The notes below the pieces were generated by a model, which saw only the letters and a program-made list of their open reading frames with translations, had not been told where the DNA came from and ran no database searches. A DNA stretch of 64,000 bases from the NCBI GenBank assembly GCA_963750915.1, contig CAVVSF010000007.1, forward strand, positions 1,110,654 through 1,174,653, read 5' to 3'. Source of the stretch: an uncultured Acidobacteriota bacterium (GTDB lineage: Bacteria; Acidobacteriota; Vicinamibacteria; Vicinamibacterales; 2-12-FULL-66-21). The first letter of the stretch is position 1. Each line of letters starts with the position of its first letter. Shown piece by piece: positions 18,778 through 28,436 of the stretch. A program made the translations under genes and the position numbers.

Positions 18778-19134
18778 ATGCGGGTAGAACTGCAGACGAC
18801 GGGAAGGCGGCGCTTTTTCGCCCAGCCTGAGGCGCCGATTGCCGTCGACGTGTGCGGGCTTGGGGAAGAGGAGCGGGCTGCCTTCAAGCAGCTCGTCAAG
18901 GAGGCGCGGGTCTTTGAACCTCATGGCGGACTGACGCCGGCCGTCGCCTACTTTTTCTTGGTACTGCGCCTGGCGCGCCGCTTCAGCGTCGATTCGACCA
19001 GCGGCCACGCCTTGCGGAGCACGTCGCCCGCTTCTTTGTACGACAGCTTGCGGAGTGCCTGCTTGAAGCGGCACCACCTCATCCGTCGCCCCTCGCGCTC
19101 CTTCCCGGAATCGCCGGTAACGACGATGAAGTAG
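18778..19134 (+). CDS. doubtful small ORF; only the first ~50 codons look protein-like
   Basis: ATG at 18778 within ORF 18673..19134. MRVELQTTGRRRFFAQPEAPIAVDVCGLGEEERAAFKQLVKEARVFEP is protein-like. The remainder overlaps the convergent Nudix gene and looks like an off-frame translation. The +1 frame stops at 18929-18931. Confidence 0.25.
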   Translation: MRVELQTTGRRRFFAQPEAPIAVDVCGLGEEERAAFKQLVKEARVFEPHGGLTPAVAYFFLVLRLARRFSVDSTSGHALRSTSPASLYDSLRSACLKRHHLIRRPSRSFPESPVTTMK

Positions 19135-19397
19135 TGGACGCGGTAGCGGTTGGTGCCGTAGTCGAAGGTCATCGAACCGGCGGAGGCCGCCACCTTGCCA
19201 TCAACCCCGGCCTCTTCCTGCGCCTCGCGCACCGCCGCTTCCCGCCGCGTCTCGCCCGACTCGATGTGACCCTTCGGAAAGATCCAGGTGCCGGGGTTGC
19301 GCCGCGCGGTGACCAGCAGCACTCTCGGCTCGCTCTTGCCCTGCCGCACGATGATGGCGCCAGCCTGCTGGATTGTCGGAGCCTTCCGCTTCGGCAC
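18948..19397 (-). CDS. NUDIX hydrolase
   Basis: ORF 18948..19397. Nudix box GHIESGETRREAAVREAQEEAGV. Confidence 0.9.
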   Translation of the reverse strand: MPKRKAPTIQQAGAIIVRQGKSEPRVLLVTARRNPGTWIFPKGHIESGETRREAAVREAQEEAGVDGKVAASAGSMTFDYGTNRYRVHYFIVVTGDSGKEREGRRMRWCRFKQALRKLSYKEAGDVLRKAWPLVESTLKRRARRSTKKK

Positions 19398-19563
19398 GAG
19401 AGCATTCTAACGTCCACCGCCCCGAACCCGACAGCATCGCCTTGCGGCATGCGGATTGGATGCATCGGCTGGACGCGCGTTATCCGACCACGAACGTGTC
19501 AGACTCAGCGCACGTCGTGGTCAGTGTGTTACCCGTCAGGTCGGGGCAGGGGCTCAGGGACGA

Positions 19564-20097
19564 ATGAAACTTTCAGTCATGGCGACCATGGCGGCGGTTC
19601 TTGCGCTGACGATGCAGGCAACCAGCACGCCGCTGCGCATCGTGTCGTCGCTCGATCTCAACCGCTACCTCGGCAAATGGCACGAGGTCGCACGGCTGCC
19701 CAACCGCTTCCAGAAGCAGTGCGTCAGCGACGTCGTCGCGGAGTACGGGCTGCGCACCGACGGCAGGATCGACGTGCGGAATACGTGTCGTACTGGCGAC
19801 GGTACGACCGACGAGGCGCGGGGCATTGCGCGCAAGGCGGGCGACGGCAGCAACAACGCCGTGCTCCAGGTGCGCTTCGCGCCGGCGATCCTGTCGTTCC
19901 TGCCGATGGTGTGGGGCGACTACTGGGTCATCGGGCTGGGGCCCGACTACTCATGGGCGGTCGTCGGCACGCCCAACCGTCAATTCCTGTGGATCCTGTC
20001 GCGCACGCCGACGCTGAGCGACGCCGCCTACGAGCAGGCGATCGAAGTCGCGAGGGGCAACGGCTTCGATGTGATCAGGGTGATTCGATCCCGGTAG
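19564..20097 (+). CDS. blc: bacterial lipocalin (Blc-like outer-membrane lipoprotein)
   Basis: ORF 19456..20097. Start taken at MKLSVMATMAAVLALT. Motifs YLGKWHEVARLPNRFQ and DYWVIGLGPDYSWAVVGTPNRQFLWILSR. Confidence 0.85.
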   Translation: MKLSVMATMAAVLALTMQATSTPLRIVSSLDLNRYLGKWHEVARLPNRFQKQCVSDVVAEYGLRTDGRIDVRNTCRTGDGTTDEARGIARKAGDGSNNAVLQVRFAPAILSFLPMVWGDYWVIGLGPDYSWAVVGTPNRQFLWILSRTPTLSDAAYEQAIEVARGNGFDVIRVIRSR

Positions 20098-20141
20098 TCC
20101 GGTTGCGCGGTTGCCCGGACGATCGGACGACCGGACTACCG
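20092..20141. terminator. bidirectional hairpin spanning both stop codons of convergent blc and msrA
   Basis: Arms CGGTAGTCCGGTTG (20092-20105) and CGACCGGACTACCG (20128-20141) match at 13 of 14 positions. The interior holds CGGAC-type short repeats of the same unit family as 28395-28433. Confidence 0.6.
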
Positions 20142-20792
20142 AACGACCGAAGTATCAGCAGCGACTCCGACCGGGCAGGAAACGCCGGTGCCGCCGAGCC
20201 CGCAATAGCCGTCGGGATTCTTCGACAAATACTGCTGGTGATAGTCCTCGGCGTAATAGAACTCCGGCGCCGGGACTACTTCCGTCGTGATCGCGCCGTA
20301 GCCGCGCTTCGAGAGCTGCTCCTGGAAGATCGCCAGCGATCGCTCGGCCGCTTCCTGCTGCGCCTCGTCGAAGACATAGATGCCGGAACGGTACTGCGTC
20401 CCGACGTCGTTGCCCTGCCGCATGCCCTGCGTCGGGTCGTGACTCTCCCAGAACGCCTTCAACAGCGCGTCGTAGGAAACCTTCTTCGGGTCGAACACGA
20501 CGAGCACGACTTCGTTGTGGCCGGTCATGCCGCTGCAGACCTCGCGGTAGGTCGGATTCGGCGTGTAGCCGCCGGCGTAGCCAACTGCGGTCGTGTAGAC
20601 GCCCGGCAACTGCCAGAACTTCTTCTCGGCGCCCCAGAAGCACCCCATCCCGAACATGGCTCGCTCGAGACCGTCGGGAAACGGCGGCGACAGCCTGGCG
20701 CCGTTGACATGGTGCGCGGCCGGCACGTCCATCCGCTCCTCGCGTCCCGGTAACACCTGTTCACGCGTCGGCATTCTCGTCTTGCTGAACAA
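20136..20792 (-). CDS. msrA: peptide-methionine (S)-S-oxide reductase
   Basis: ORF 20136..20792. GCFWGAE active-site motif; [26 protein letters not shown]. Confidence 0.92.
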   Translation of the reverse strand: MFSKTRMPTREQVLPGREERMDVPAAHHVNGARLSPPFPDGLERAMFGMGCFWGAEKKFWQLPGVYTTAVGYAGGYTPNPTYREVCSGMTGHNEVVLVVFDPKKVSYDALLKAFWESHDPTQGMRQGNDVGTQYRSGIYVFDEAQQEAAERSLAIFQEQLSKRGYGAITTEVVPAPEFYYAEDYHQQYLSKNPDGYCGLGGTGVSCPVGVAADTSVVR

Positions 20793-20830
20793 GGGGTCTC
20801 CTGTTCTGTTCTTACGATGTCACGGCGTCT

Positions 20831-20937
20831 GGCTCAGGGCTCAGGGCTCACGGCTCAGGAGAGCTTCCCGATCACGGTCGCTGGACTGTGATCGCGAGGC
20901 TCCTCGAGCCTGAGCCTTAAGCCCTGAGCCCTGAGCC
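20831..20937. repeat. inverted arrays of GGGCTCA heptamers (29-nt arms, ~49-nt spacer)
   Basis: Left arm GGCTCAGGGCTCAGGGCTCACGGCTCAGG (20831-20859). The reverse complement of the right arm (20909-20937) is GGCTCAGGGCTCAGGGCTTAAGGCTCAGG. The element abuts the stop codon of the GT-C gene. Confidence 0.85.
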
Positions 20938-22539
20938 CTACTCTACCTTCGTTGGTAAGACGCCGAGCAGGCGGACGAGGTTTCGATCGAGATCGTCCGG
21001 CGATTCGAGCGTCAGCAGGGCGCGGATAAGGGGCGCGAGCTGAGGTGAAGCCGCCGGCTGGGCACGTGAAGGCGCACCTGTTTCCGGGTCCCAGGTCATT
21101 GCCACGGCCGAGTCGGGCTGCGGCCCCTCGGACCAGCGCCGGAGCGCGGCCCGGGTGTCCTCGAACCAGCGGCCGCGGCAGCAGGTCAGCGACCGGGGTG
21201 AGATGAAGACGAAGCGCGTCGTCAGGTCGGCATCGACGAACGGTGGCTGCACCGCAAACGGCATCGCCCATTCCCAGCTGCGAGTCGGCGCCCCGACGAC
21301 GATCAGCGATCCTTCCGGCAGGACGCCGGCTATGGCTCGGACGTCCTGGACTGCGCGCTGCGACACCGCCGCCATCGTGTTCCAGTCGCGCACGGCGCGA
21401 TGCAGCGGCAGGAGGTACGCGGTGAGCACGACGAGAGCTGCAGAGATGACGAGCCGCTGCAGCGACGCGACCCGGGCGCGCGTCATCAGCACGTCGAACG
21501 CAATCGCCACTACCAGCGCCCAGCCAACCGCGGCGAGGTAGACGTGCCGCGGCGACGAGTAGCCGGCGACCAGGATCGGCGCTACGCCGATGAACCACCA
21601 GACGGGACCGAAGTACAGGATCAGCCGGCGCTCGTCGCTCCGCGCCAGTCGGAGCACCCAGATCAGCCCGAGCAGCGCCAGAACGACCACCGCGCGCCAG
21701 CCGTCGGCGTCACCGGTGATCACGTGCGCGAGGTGGCGCTCCACTAACGTCGCGAACTGCACGAGGCCCTCAGCCGTCAGCGCGCCCTCGCGCGCGACCT
21801 CGCCGAACAGCTGCAGTCGCAGCCAGAGATAGCCGGCCGTCAGCGCCGCGAACGGGACGTAGGGCGCGACGAACCGTGCGATCGGCGTCCACGGCTGGCG
21901 CAGGACGATGACGTCGTAGGCGGCGAGCGTCGCGACCATCGTGATCGTGTTCTGCTTCGTGAAGAGCGCAACGAAGAAGAGCCCGAGCGACCATCCGAAT
22001 AACGCAGGGGATGTCGAGCCGCCCCGCCGCCAGCGGGCATAGGCGAGGAACGACGCGAGGTAGAACAACGCCGGCATCGAATCGACGCGGCCGGTAATCC
22101 AGGCGACGCTTTCGGCGTGAACCGGCAGCAGGACGAACAACAGCCCCGCCAGTCCTGCAGCCGGGACGCTCATCGTCAGCGTCCGGGCAATCGCCAGCAC
22201 TAGCAGGCCGTTGGCGATGTGCAGGATGACGTTGAAGACGTGGTGCAGCCATGGCGAGCCCGCGCCCGCGAGGGCCGACAGCTGGTACGACAGGGCCGGG
22301 AACGGCCGGACTTCGTCGGGCGTGAACCCCCAGATCTGATCCATCCACGACGTGTAGAACCACCGCGGGAAGTAGGCCGCCGGCTTGGACGCCAGCAACT
22401 GCACTACGCCGAAGTCGTCGCGGACGAAGTAGTTCCCCAGGGTCGAGAAGTAGGCGAGAACTGCCGCGACCGCAATGATCAGCGCGGCAGCGCGCTCGTG
22501 CGTCCGGCTGGAGATCGCCGGCTCGGCGGACGGCGTCAC
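20938..22539 (-). CDS. polytopic GT-C-type glycosyltransferase (PMT/ArnT-like)
   Basis: ORF 20938..22881. Start taken at GTG 22537-22539, which overlaps the GT2 stop (GTGA). About 12 hydrophobic segments, an early FVRDDF acidic motif, and a soluble C-terminal domain. Confidence 0.75.
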   Translation of the reverse strand: MTPSAEPAISSRTHERAAALIIAVAAVLAYFSTLGNYFVRDDFGVVQLLASKPAAYFPRWFYTSWMDQIWGFTPDEVRPFPALSYQLSALAGAGSPWLHHVFNVILHIANGLLVLAIARTLTMSVPAAGLAGLLFVLLPVHAESVAWITGRVDSMPALFYLASFLAYARWRRGGSTSPALFGWSLGLFFVALFTKQNTITMVATLAAYDVIVLRQPWTPIARFVAPYVPFAALTAGYLWLRLQLFGEVAREGALTAEGLVQFATLVERHLAHVITGDADGWRAVVVLALLGLIWVLRLARSDERRLILYFGPVWWFIGVAPILVAGYSSPRHVYLAAVGWALVVAIAFDVLMTRARVASLQRLVISAALVVLTAYLLPLHRAVRDWNTMAAVSQRAVQDVRAIAGVLPEGSLIVVGAPTRSWEWAMPFAVQPPFVDADLTTRFVFISPRSLTCCRGRWFEDTRAALRRWSEGPQPDSAVAMTWDPETGAPSRAQPAASPQLAPLIRALLTLESPDDLDRNLVRLLGVLPTKVE

Positions 22540-23237
22540 GTGAAGCGGTACCTCAGGATCAGGCCGATCATGTTGAAGCCGGTCCTCAGCGTTCCCTTGA
22601 GGTTGCCGGTGATCTTCGATTCGCCGACGCGGCCGCGATAGTTGACCGGCACCTCGATCACCTTGAGGCCGCGCTGCAGCGCCAGGATCACCATCTCCGG
22701 GAGGAAGTGCGATGCGCCGACGGTCAGGTCGCCGCGAATCTTCTCGAGCGCGGCGCGGTGCGTCAGCCGCAGCGTGCAGCCGCAGTCGCTCAGCGACGGC
22801 CCGCCGAAGAGCACCTGCAGCAGCTTGGCGACGGTCCAGTTCCCCATTCGCAGGAACCACCCCATGTTCGCCTGGTCCCACACCAGCTCGCGCGTCGTCC
22901 TGGTGCCGCAGACCATGTCGAAGTCGTCGGCATAGGCCAGCAGCTTGAGCACGTCGCGGCCGATGAACGTGCCGTCGGGCTCGGCCATGATGACGATGTC
23001 GCCCGTCGCCTCCTGCAGCCCGCGCCGCAGCGCGAAGCCGTAGCCCTGCCGCGTCTCCTGCACCAGCCGCGCCCGCGTCTGCCGCGCTTCGTCGGCCGTC
23101 CGGTCGCGCGAGTTGTTGTCGACGACGACGACCTCGTCGACGACGTCAACCGAGAAGAAGTCCTCGACGGCGGCGCGGATGTAGCCCTCTTCGTTGTAGG
23201 CGGGCAGGACGACAGAAACGGTCTTGGTGCCGTGCAC
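22536..23237 (-). CDS. family-2 glycosyltransferase (polyprenol-phosphate sugar synthase-like)
   Basis: ORF 22536..23237. Motifs VVLPAYNEE, VVVDNNSRD and AEPDGT (DxD-like). Translationally coupled to the GT-C gene. Confidence 0.88.
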   Translation of the reverse strand: MHGTKTVSVVLPAYNEEGYIRAAVEDFFSVDVVDEVVVVDNNSRDRTADEARQTRARLVQETRQGYGFALRRGLQEATGDIVIMAEPDGTFIGRDVLKLLAYADDFDMVCGTRTTRELVWDQANMGWFLRMGNWTVAKLLQVLFGGPSLSDCGCTLRLTHRAALEKIRGDLTVGASHFLPEMVILALQRGLKVIEVPVNYRGRVGESKITGNLKGTLRTGFNMIGLILRYRFT

Positions 23238-23250
23238 TGGTGAATCTTAC

Positions 23251-23350
23251 CGGGGCTCGGGGTTCGGGGTTCGGGGACAGTCACTGGTGACTGGCACTGG
23301 TGACTGTCCCCGGGGACAGTCACTCGGGACAGTCACCAGTGACTGTCCCC
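23251..23350. repeat. GGGG(C/T)TC heptamer run followed by five copies, in both orientations, of the 11-12-mer GGGGACAGTCAC forming two nested hairpins
   Basis: CGGGGCTCGGGGTTCGGGGTTCGGGG at 23251-23276. GGGGACAGTCAC at 23273-84 and 23312-23, GGGACAGTCAC at 23326-36, and the inverted copy GTGACTGTCCCC at 23300-11 and 23339-50. Confidence 0.85.
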
Positions 23351-23397
23351 GAATGTGAAGTGATCAGTTTCTGCACACTGGGGCTTCGCGAACGTTG

Positions 23398-24393
23398 TCA
23401 CCGGCGCCAGGACGCGGGCAGGTTCCGCTCGATCTCGATCGCCTCGAACGCCGGCGTCGACCGGGCGCCGTGGATTCGCACCCAGGCCGCCATCGCCGCG
23501 AGGCCGTCGTCGAGCGACGTCGTCGAACGGTGACCGAGCACGCGCGCGATCTTGTCATGACTCGAATGCGCGTGCAGCACCTCGTGCCTGGCCGGCAGGT
23601 AGGCGATCGCCGGCTCGACGCCCATCGCCGCCGCGACGCGGGCCGCGAGATCGTTCAACGTCCAGGGATCGTCGGCGCCGACGTTGAAGATCTGGTTCCA
23701 CGCCGCCGGTTCGTCGATCGCCCGGACCATCAGCGGCGCGACGTCGTCGATGTAGCTGAAGGCGCGCGTCTGGGTGCCGTCGCCGAAGATCGTCATCGGC
23801 TGGCCCTGCAGGATCTGGTTCATGAAGATGCCGACGACGTTGCGGTAGCGATCGCCGATGTTCTGGCGCGGCCCGTAGACGTTGTGCGGCCGGAAGATCA
23901 TGTAGTCGAGGCCGAACATCGCGCGGCTGGCGGCGAGCTCGCGCTCGACGGCGTACTTCGCGATGCCGTACGGATCCTCGGGCGACGGGATGGTGTCCTC
24001 CGTCATCGGCAGGACCGGACTGCTGCCGTAGACGGCGATCGACGACGTGAAGACGAAACCCTTGACGCCGTTGTTGACGGCGGCGTTGATCAGGTTGGCG
24101 CTGCCGATGACGTTGTTCGTGTAGTTGAACCGCTTGATGAAATGGCTGAGGCCTTCGGCGGCGTAGGCGGCCAGATGAAAGACGCAATCGAAGCGCGACT
24201 CCGCGAAGAGTCGATCGACGAGCGCGTGATCGGTGACGCTGCCCTGGACAAACTGTGCGCCGGCCGGGAGGTTGTCCGGAAATCCGCCGCTGAGATCGTC
24301 GAGCACCGTTACCGTCCGACCCGACCGCACCAGCCCATCGGCCACGTGCGAGCCGATGAATCCGGCCCCGCCGGTCACGAGCACACGCTCCAT
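23398..24393 (-). CDS. NAD-dependent sugar-nucleotide epimerase/dehydratase (SDR family)
   Basis: ORF 23398..24393. GGAGFIGSH Rossmann motif; YGIAK (YxxxK) catalytic motif. Confidence 0.9.
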   Translation of the reverse strand: MERVLVTGGAGFIGSHVADGLVRSGRTVTVLDDLSGGFPDNLPAGAQFVQGSVTDHALVDRLFAESRFDCVFHLAAYAAEGLSHFIKRFNYTNNVIGSANLINAAVNNGVKGFVFTSSIAVYGSSPVLPMTEDTIPSPEDPYGIAKYAVERELAASRAMFGLDYMIFRPHNVYGPRQNIGDRYRNVVGIFMNQILQGQPMTIFGDGTQTRAFSYIDDVAPLMVRAIDEPAAWNQIFNVGADDPWTLNDLAARVAAAMGVEPAIAYLPARHEVLHAHSSHDKIARVLGHRSTTSLDDGLAAMAAWVRIHGARSTPAFEAIEIERNLPASWRR

Positions 24394-24517
24394 TCGGGCC
24401 GAATCCTACCATGCGGCCGATCCAAGCCCTTGGAGCCTCAATCCTCCACGACCGCTGTCATTCGTCACATTCTTTCGGCAACGGCCACAAACAGGCGTAG
24501 ATTCATCCCGGCTCAGG

Positions 24518-24533
24518 TGGCACTCGCGTTGCT
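24518..24533 (+). promoter_or_regulatory. sigma-54 (-24/-12) promoter upstream of the TonB-dependent receptor
   Basis: TGGCAC-TCGCG-TTGCT matches the TGGCAC-N5-TTGCW consensus exactly. It lies 70 nt upstream of ATG 24603. Confidence 0.6.
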
Positions 24534-24554
24534 CGCCTGCAGTTCGTCCCGCGC

Positions 24555-24580
24555 AGGTCCCGGCGGGACCTTTGTTTTCC
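24555..24580 (+). promoter_or_regulatory. leader hairpin followed by a T-rich run (possible attenuator/terminator-like element in the 5' UTR)
   Basis: AGGTCCC-GGC-GGGACCT (7-bp stem, 24555-24571) followed by TTGTTTTCC. It lies between the sigma-54 promoter and the GGAGG RBS. Confidence 0.35.
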
Positions 24581-24602
24581 TGGCAATACCTTTGGAGGTT
24601 GC

Positions 24603-27600
24603 ATGACGAGCCTAAGCAAGTGGGGTTCATCCTGGGTGCGCGCCAGCCTGGTGCTGGCGCTGGTCACGGTAACCGTGACTGCCGCGGCGGCCCAGACGAC
24701 CCTCGGCCGGGTGGCCGGCTCGGTGCTGGATTCATCCGGCGCCGCGCTCCCCGGCGCAACGGTCACGCTGACGAACGAGAAAACCAACCAGGTCCAGACG
24801 ACGGTGACGGGCGAGAACGGCGGCTACGTCTTCCCGCAGGTGTCGCCCGGCAGCTACAAAGTCGAATTCGCGCTCCAGGGCTTCAAGACCGCCGCCTTCA
24901 ACGAGGTGATCGTGGTCGTCGGCCAGGAACGATCGCTGACCGCCAACCTCGAACTCGGCGCGATCACCGAGCAGGTCGAAGTCACGGCCGGCGCGTCGCT
25001 GGTTTCGTCGACGAGCCCCGAAGTCAGCGCCACGGTTCTCCAGCGTCAGATCCTCGATATCCCGCTCGCGAACCGCGACGTCACCAACCTGATCAAAGCG
25101 CAGCCTGGTGTGCAGCCGTTCATCAACCGGACGAACACCAGCATCAACGGCGGCCGTCCGACCTGGACGACGGTCACGCTCGACGGCATCAACATCCAGG
25201 ACAACTTCATCCGCACCAACTCGCTCGACTTCCTGCCGAACCGTCCGACGTCGGACACGATCGCCGAGTTCTCGATCACGAGCTCGGTCGCCGGCGCGGA
25301 AGCGGCGGGCGGCGCCAGCTCGGTGCGCATGATCACGCCGTCGGGCTCCAATCGCTTCAGCGGCAGCGTCTTCGAGTTCAATCGCGACTCGAAGTACGCG
25401 GCGAACTCGTTCTTCAACAACGCGGCAAGGCCCTCGGTCCCCAAGTCGGACCTCAGCCGCCACCAGTTCGGCGGCCGCTTCGGCGGTCCGGTCCAGAAGG
25501 ACAAGTTGTTCTTCTTCGGCTACTACGAAGGCTTCCGGCAGACGACGCAGGCGTCGCAGAACCTCACCATCCCGGCCAACGCCGACTTCGTCAACGGCGT
25601 CTTCCGCTATGCCGGCAGCGATGGCGTCGTTCGTTCGGTGAACGTCATGGAACTGTCGGGACAGGCGGTCGACCCGACGCTGCGGCAGAATTTCCTGGGC
25701 CTGATTCCGGCGGCTTCGAACGTCAACAACTTCGAGACCGGCGACTCGACCACGAGCCGCAACCTGAACACTGCCGGCTACCGGTTCAACCAGACCGATC
25801 AGAACGATCGCAATCAGTGGGGCTTCAAACTCGACTACGCGATGTCGGACGCACATCGCTTCGAAGGCGGCTACCACTACTTCAAGGAGATCGACGATCG
25901 CACCGATCTCGATTCCATCAGCCCGGATCGTCCCCTGGTCTACACCAGCTCTGATCCAAAGCGCTTCTCGCTGGCGTGGCGGTATCTCGCCACCTCGAAC
26001 TTCCAGAACGAGCTGCGCGGCGGCGCCAACCTCGCGCCGGTGCAGTTCGAGAGCGACTGGGCATATAGCGGTAACCAGTACACGACGGCGCTCGGCATCA
26101 TCAACCCGATCGGCGGCAATGGCACGGCCATCGGCTTCCAGCCGCAGGGCCGCTACACCAACACCTACCAGATCGGCAACAACGCGTCGCTCCTGAAGGG
26201 CAGCCACCAAATCACGATGGGCGGCAGCTGGCAGCGGAATCACGTCAATCCGTACAACTTCGCCGGCGCGTTCCCCCAGGTCAACTTCGGCTACAGCGCC
26301 GCCGCGCCCGGCAGCCTGACGCTGACGACGTCGCAGTTCCCCGGCGGCATCGCAGCCGCGGATCTGACGCGCGCCAACGCGATGGCATCGTGGCTTGCCG
26401 GGACGATCACGTCGGTTCAGCGCACGTTCCAGGTCGAGGACACGAGCTCCGGCTTCGTCGGCGGCATCGCGTCGAACGAGAACTACACGCTCGACAACAT
26501 CGCCGCCTACGTCCAGGACAACTGGCGCTGGAAGCCGAACTTCACGGTGCGGGCGGGGTTGAAGTGGGAGTACTACAGCCCGCTGAAAGAGGACGACAAC
26601 CTCGGTTTCCTGCCGATCCTGAACGGCCGCTCGCTCGAGCAGACGATGCTCGACCCGGCGACGGAGCTCACCTTCGTCGAAGGCGACATGTACAACAAGG
26701 ATCTCAACAACTTCGGCCCGACGCTCGGCTTCGCCTGGGACGTCACGAAGGATGGTAAGACGGCAGTGCGCGGCGGCTACTCGCTGACGTTCGTCAACGA
26801 GGAGACGGTGACTGTCGGGCGCTCCGCGTCGCGTGGCAACACCGGCCTCAGCAGCGTCAGCATGCTCAGCAACCAGTTCGCTCGCGTCAACTCCGGCGTA
26901 CCCGAGGTCCCGACGCCAGCGTTCCTCTCAACCCGAACGCTTGCGAATCAGATGGCGCTCAGCTCCACCGGCGTGTTGTGGGGCCTGGACCCAGAGCTCC
27001 AGGCGCCGCACGTGCACCAGCTCAGCTTCGGCATCCAGCGCGAGCTGGGGGCGTCGACCGCGGTCGAAGCCCGCTACGTCGGCACGTTCGGCCGCGGCAT
27101 CTGGCGCGGCACCGACTACAACCAGGTGCAGATCAGCCCGGAGTTCCTCGCCGACTTCAATCGCGCCCGCTCGAACGGTTATCTCGCGCAGCAGGCAGGG
27201 CTGGCGTTCAACGGCGTCTTCAATCCCGCCGTTCCCGGCAGCCAGCCGCTGACGCTGCTGCCAAGCTTCGGGACCGCGCTCACCAACGCGACGATCGTCA
27301 CCAACCTGCAGACCAACCAGGTGGCGGCGCTGGCCGACTTCTACATGGTGCAACGCCTCACGACGCCGGCCACCTTCATGCAGAACCCCGGCATCTACGC
27401 CTCCCAGGCGCTGTCGAACGGCGGCTTCAGCGACTACAACTCAGCGCAGTTCGAGCTGCGGCGCCAGTTCCGGAACGGATTCTTCGGCCAGTTGAACTAC
27501 ACGTGGTCCGACACCAGCACCGACTCGTCGGGCACGGGCCAGAACCGCTTCGAGGCGTTCATGGACAACAACCGGCCCGGCCTCAACACCGGCCGATCCG

Positions 27601-28263
27601 TGTTCCACGTCACGCACGCCATCCAGGCCAACTCGATCTACGAGCTGCCCTTCGGCACCGGCAAGAGGTGGTTGAACTCGAACGGGCTCGTCGACGCCAT
27701 CGTCGGCGACTGGCAGGTCAGCGGCATCTTCGCGTGGTCGAGCGGTTCGCCGATCAGCATCACCTCGACGCGCGGCACGTTCAACCGCGCTGGCCGCTCG
27801 AACTGCGCGACCGATCCGATCTCGTGCAACACCGCGTTCACGAACCTGTCGCCTGAGGAGGTCAAGGGGCTGCTCGGCATCCACAAGGTCGAGGACCGGA
27901 TCTACTGGATCGATCCGAAGGTCATCGGCGCGGACGGCCGCGCCGTCGGCGCCGACAACCTGAACAACGCCGCTGGCTTCGACGGCCAGGTCTTCTTCAA
28001 CCCGGTCGCGGGCGAAGTCGGCAACCTGCCGATCCTGGAGTTCGACGGTCCGGCGCAGTTCCGCATCGACATGGCGCTGTCGAAGCGCTTCGGGTTCGGC
28101 GACACGCACCGCTTCGAGCTCAAGGGCGAGGCGTTCAACCTGACGAACACGCCGAGCTTCTTCCGCGGCGACATGGACATCAACAGCGAGACAGTTCGGC
28201 CGCCTCACCAGCGTCAACATCGGCTCGCGCGTCATCCAGTTGTCGATTCGGTACGAGTTCTAA
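24603..28263 (+). pseudogene. TonB-dependent receptor with N-terminal carboxypeptidase-regulatory-like domain; frame broken ~70 nt before the true stop
   Basis: ORF 24603..28382 is protein-like up to ...FFRGDMDINSE (28190). The +1 frame from 28192 reads QFGRLTSVNIGSRVIQLSIRYEF and ends in TAA at 28261-28263. This is the canonical terminal beta-strand ending in Phe, and it is followed immediately by a terminator hairpin. Length 3661 = 3n+1. Confidence 0.8.
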
Positions 28264-28284
28264 CCGAGGGGCTTCGCCCCTCGG
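28264..28284 (+). terminator. intrinsic terminator hairpin
   Basis: CCGAGGGGC-TTC-GCCCCTCGG, a perfect 9-bp GC-rich stem starting 1 nt after the TAA. A second hairpin follows: CGCGCGCCG (28304-12) / CGGCGCGCG (28319-27). Confidence 0.7.
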
Positions 28285-28394
28285 ACTCCCCTACACGCGC
28301 CCTCGCGCGCCGCTTCGTCGGCGCGCGCCGGGCGCGTGGCTCGCTCGCTACGCTCGCTCGCTGCAACCCAGACGAGTTCTAGAGTACCGGTTGT

Positions 28395-28433
28395 CGACCG
28401 GACCACCGGACGACCGGACTACCGGACCACCGG
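28395..28433. repeat. tandem 8-mer array (CNACCGGA, ~4.9 copies)
   Basis: CGACCGGA CCACCGGA CGACCGGA CTACCGGA CCACCGG, ending 3 nt before the stop of the minus-strand Zn-ribbon gene. Confidence 0.8.
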
Positions 28434-28436
28434 CTC

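Noticed and set aside
24571-24596. TGGCAA-TACCT-TTGGA just upstream of the receptor ATG, considered as a second sigma-54 promoter.
   Set aside because: The essential -12 GC is GG. The element overlaps the RBS and would leave no leader. The perfect promoter at 24518-24533 explains the locus.
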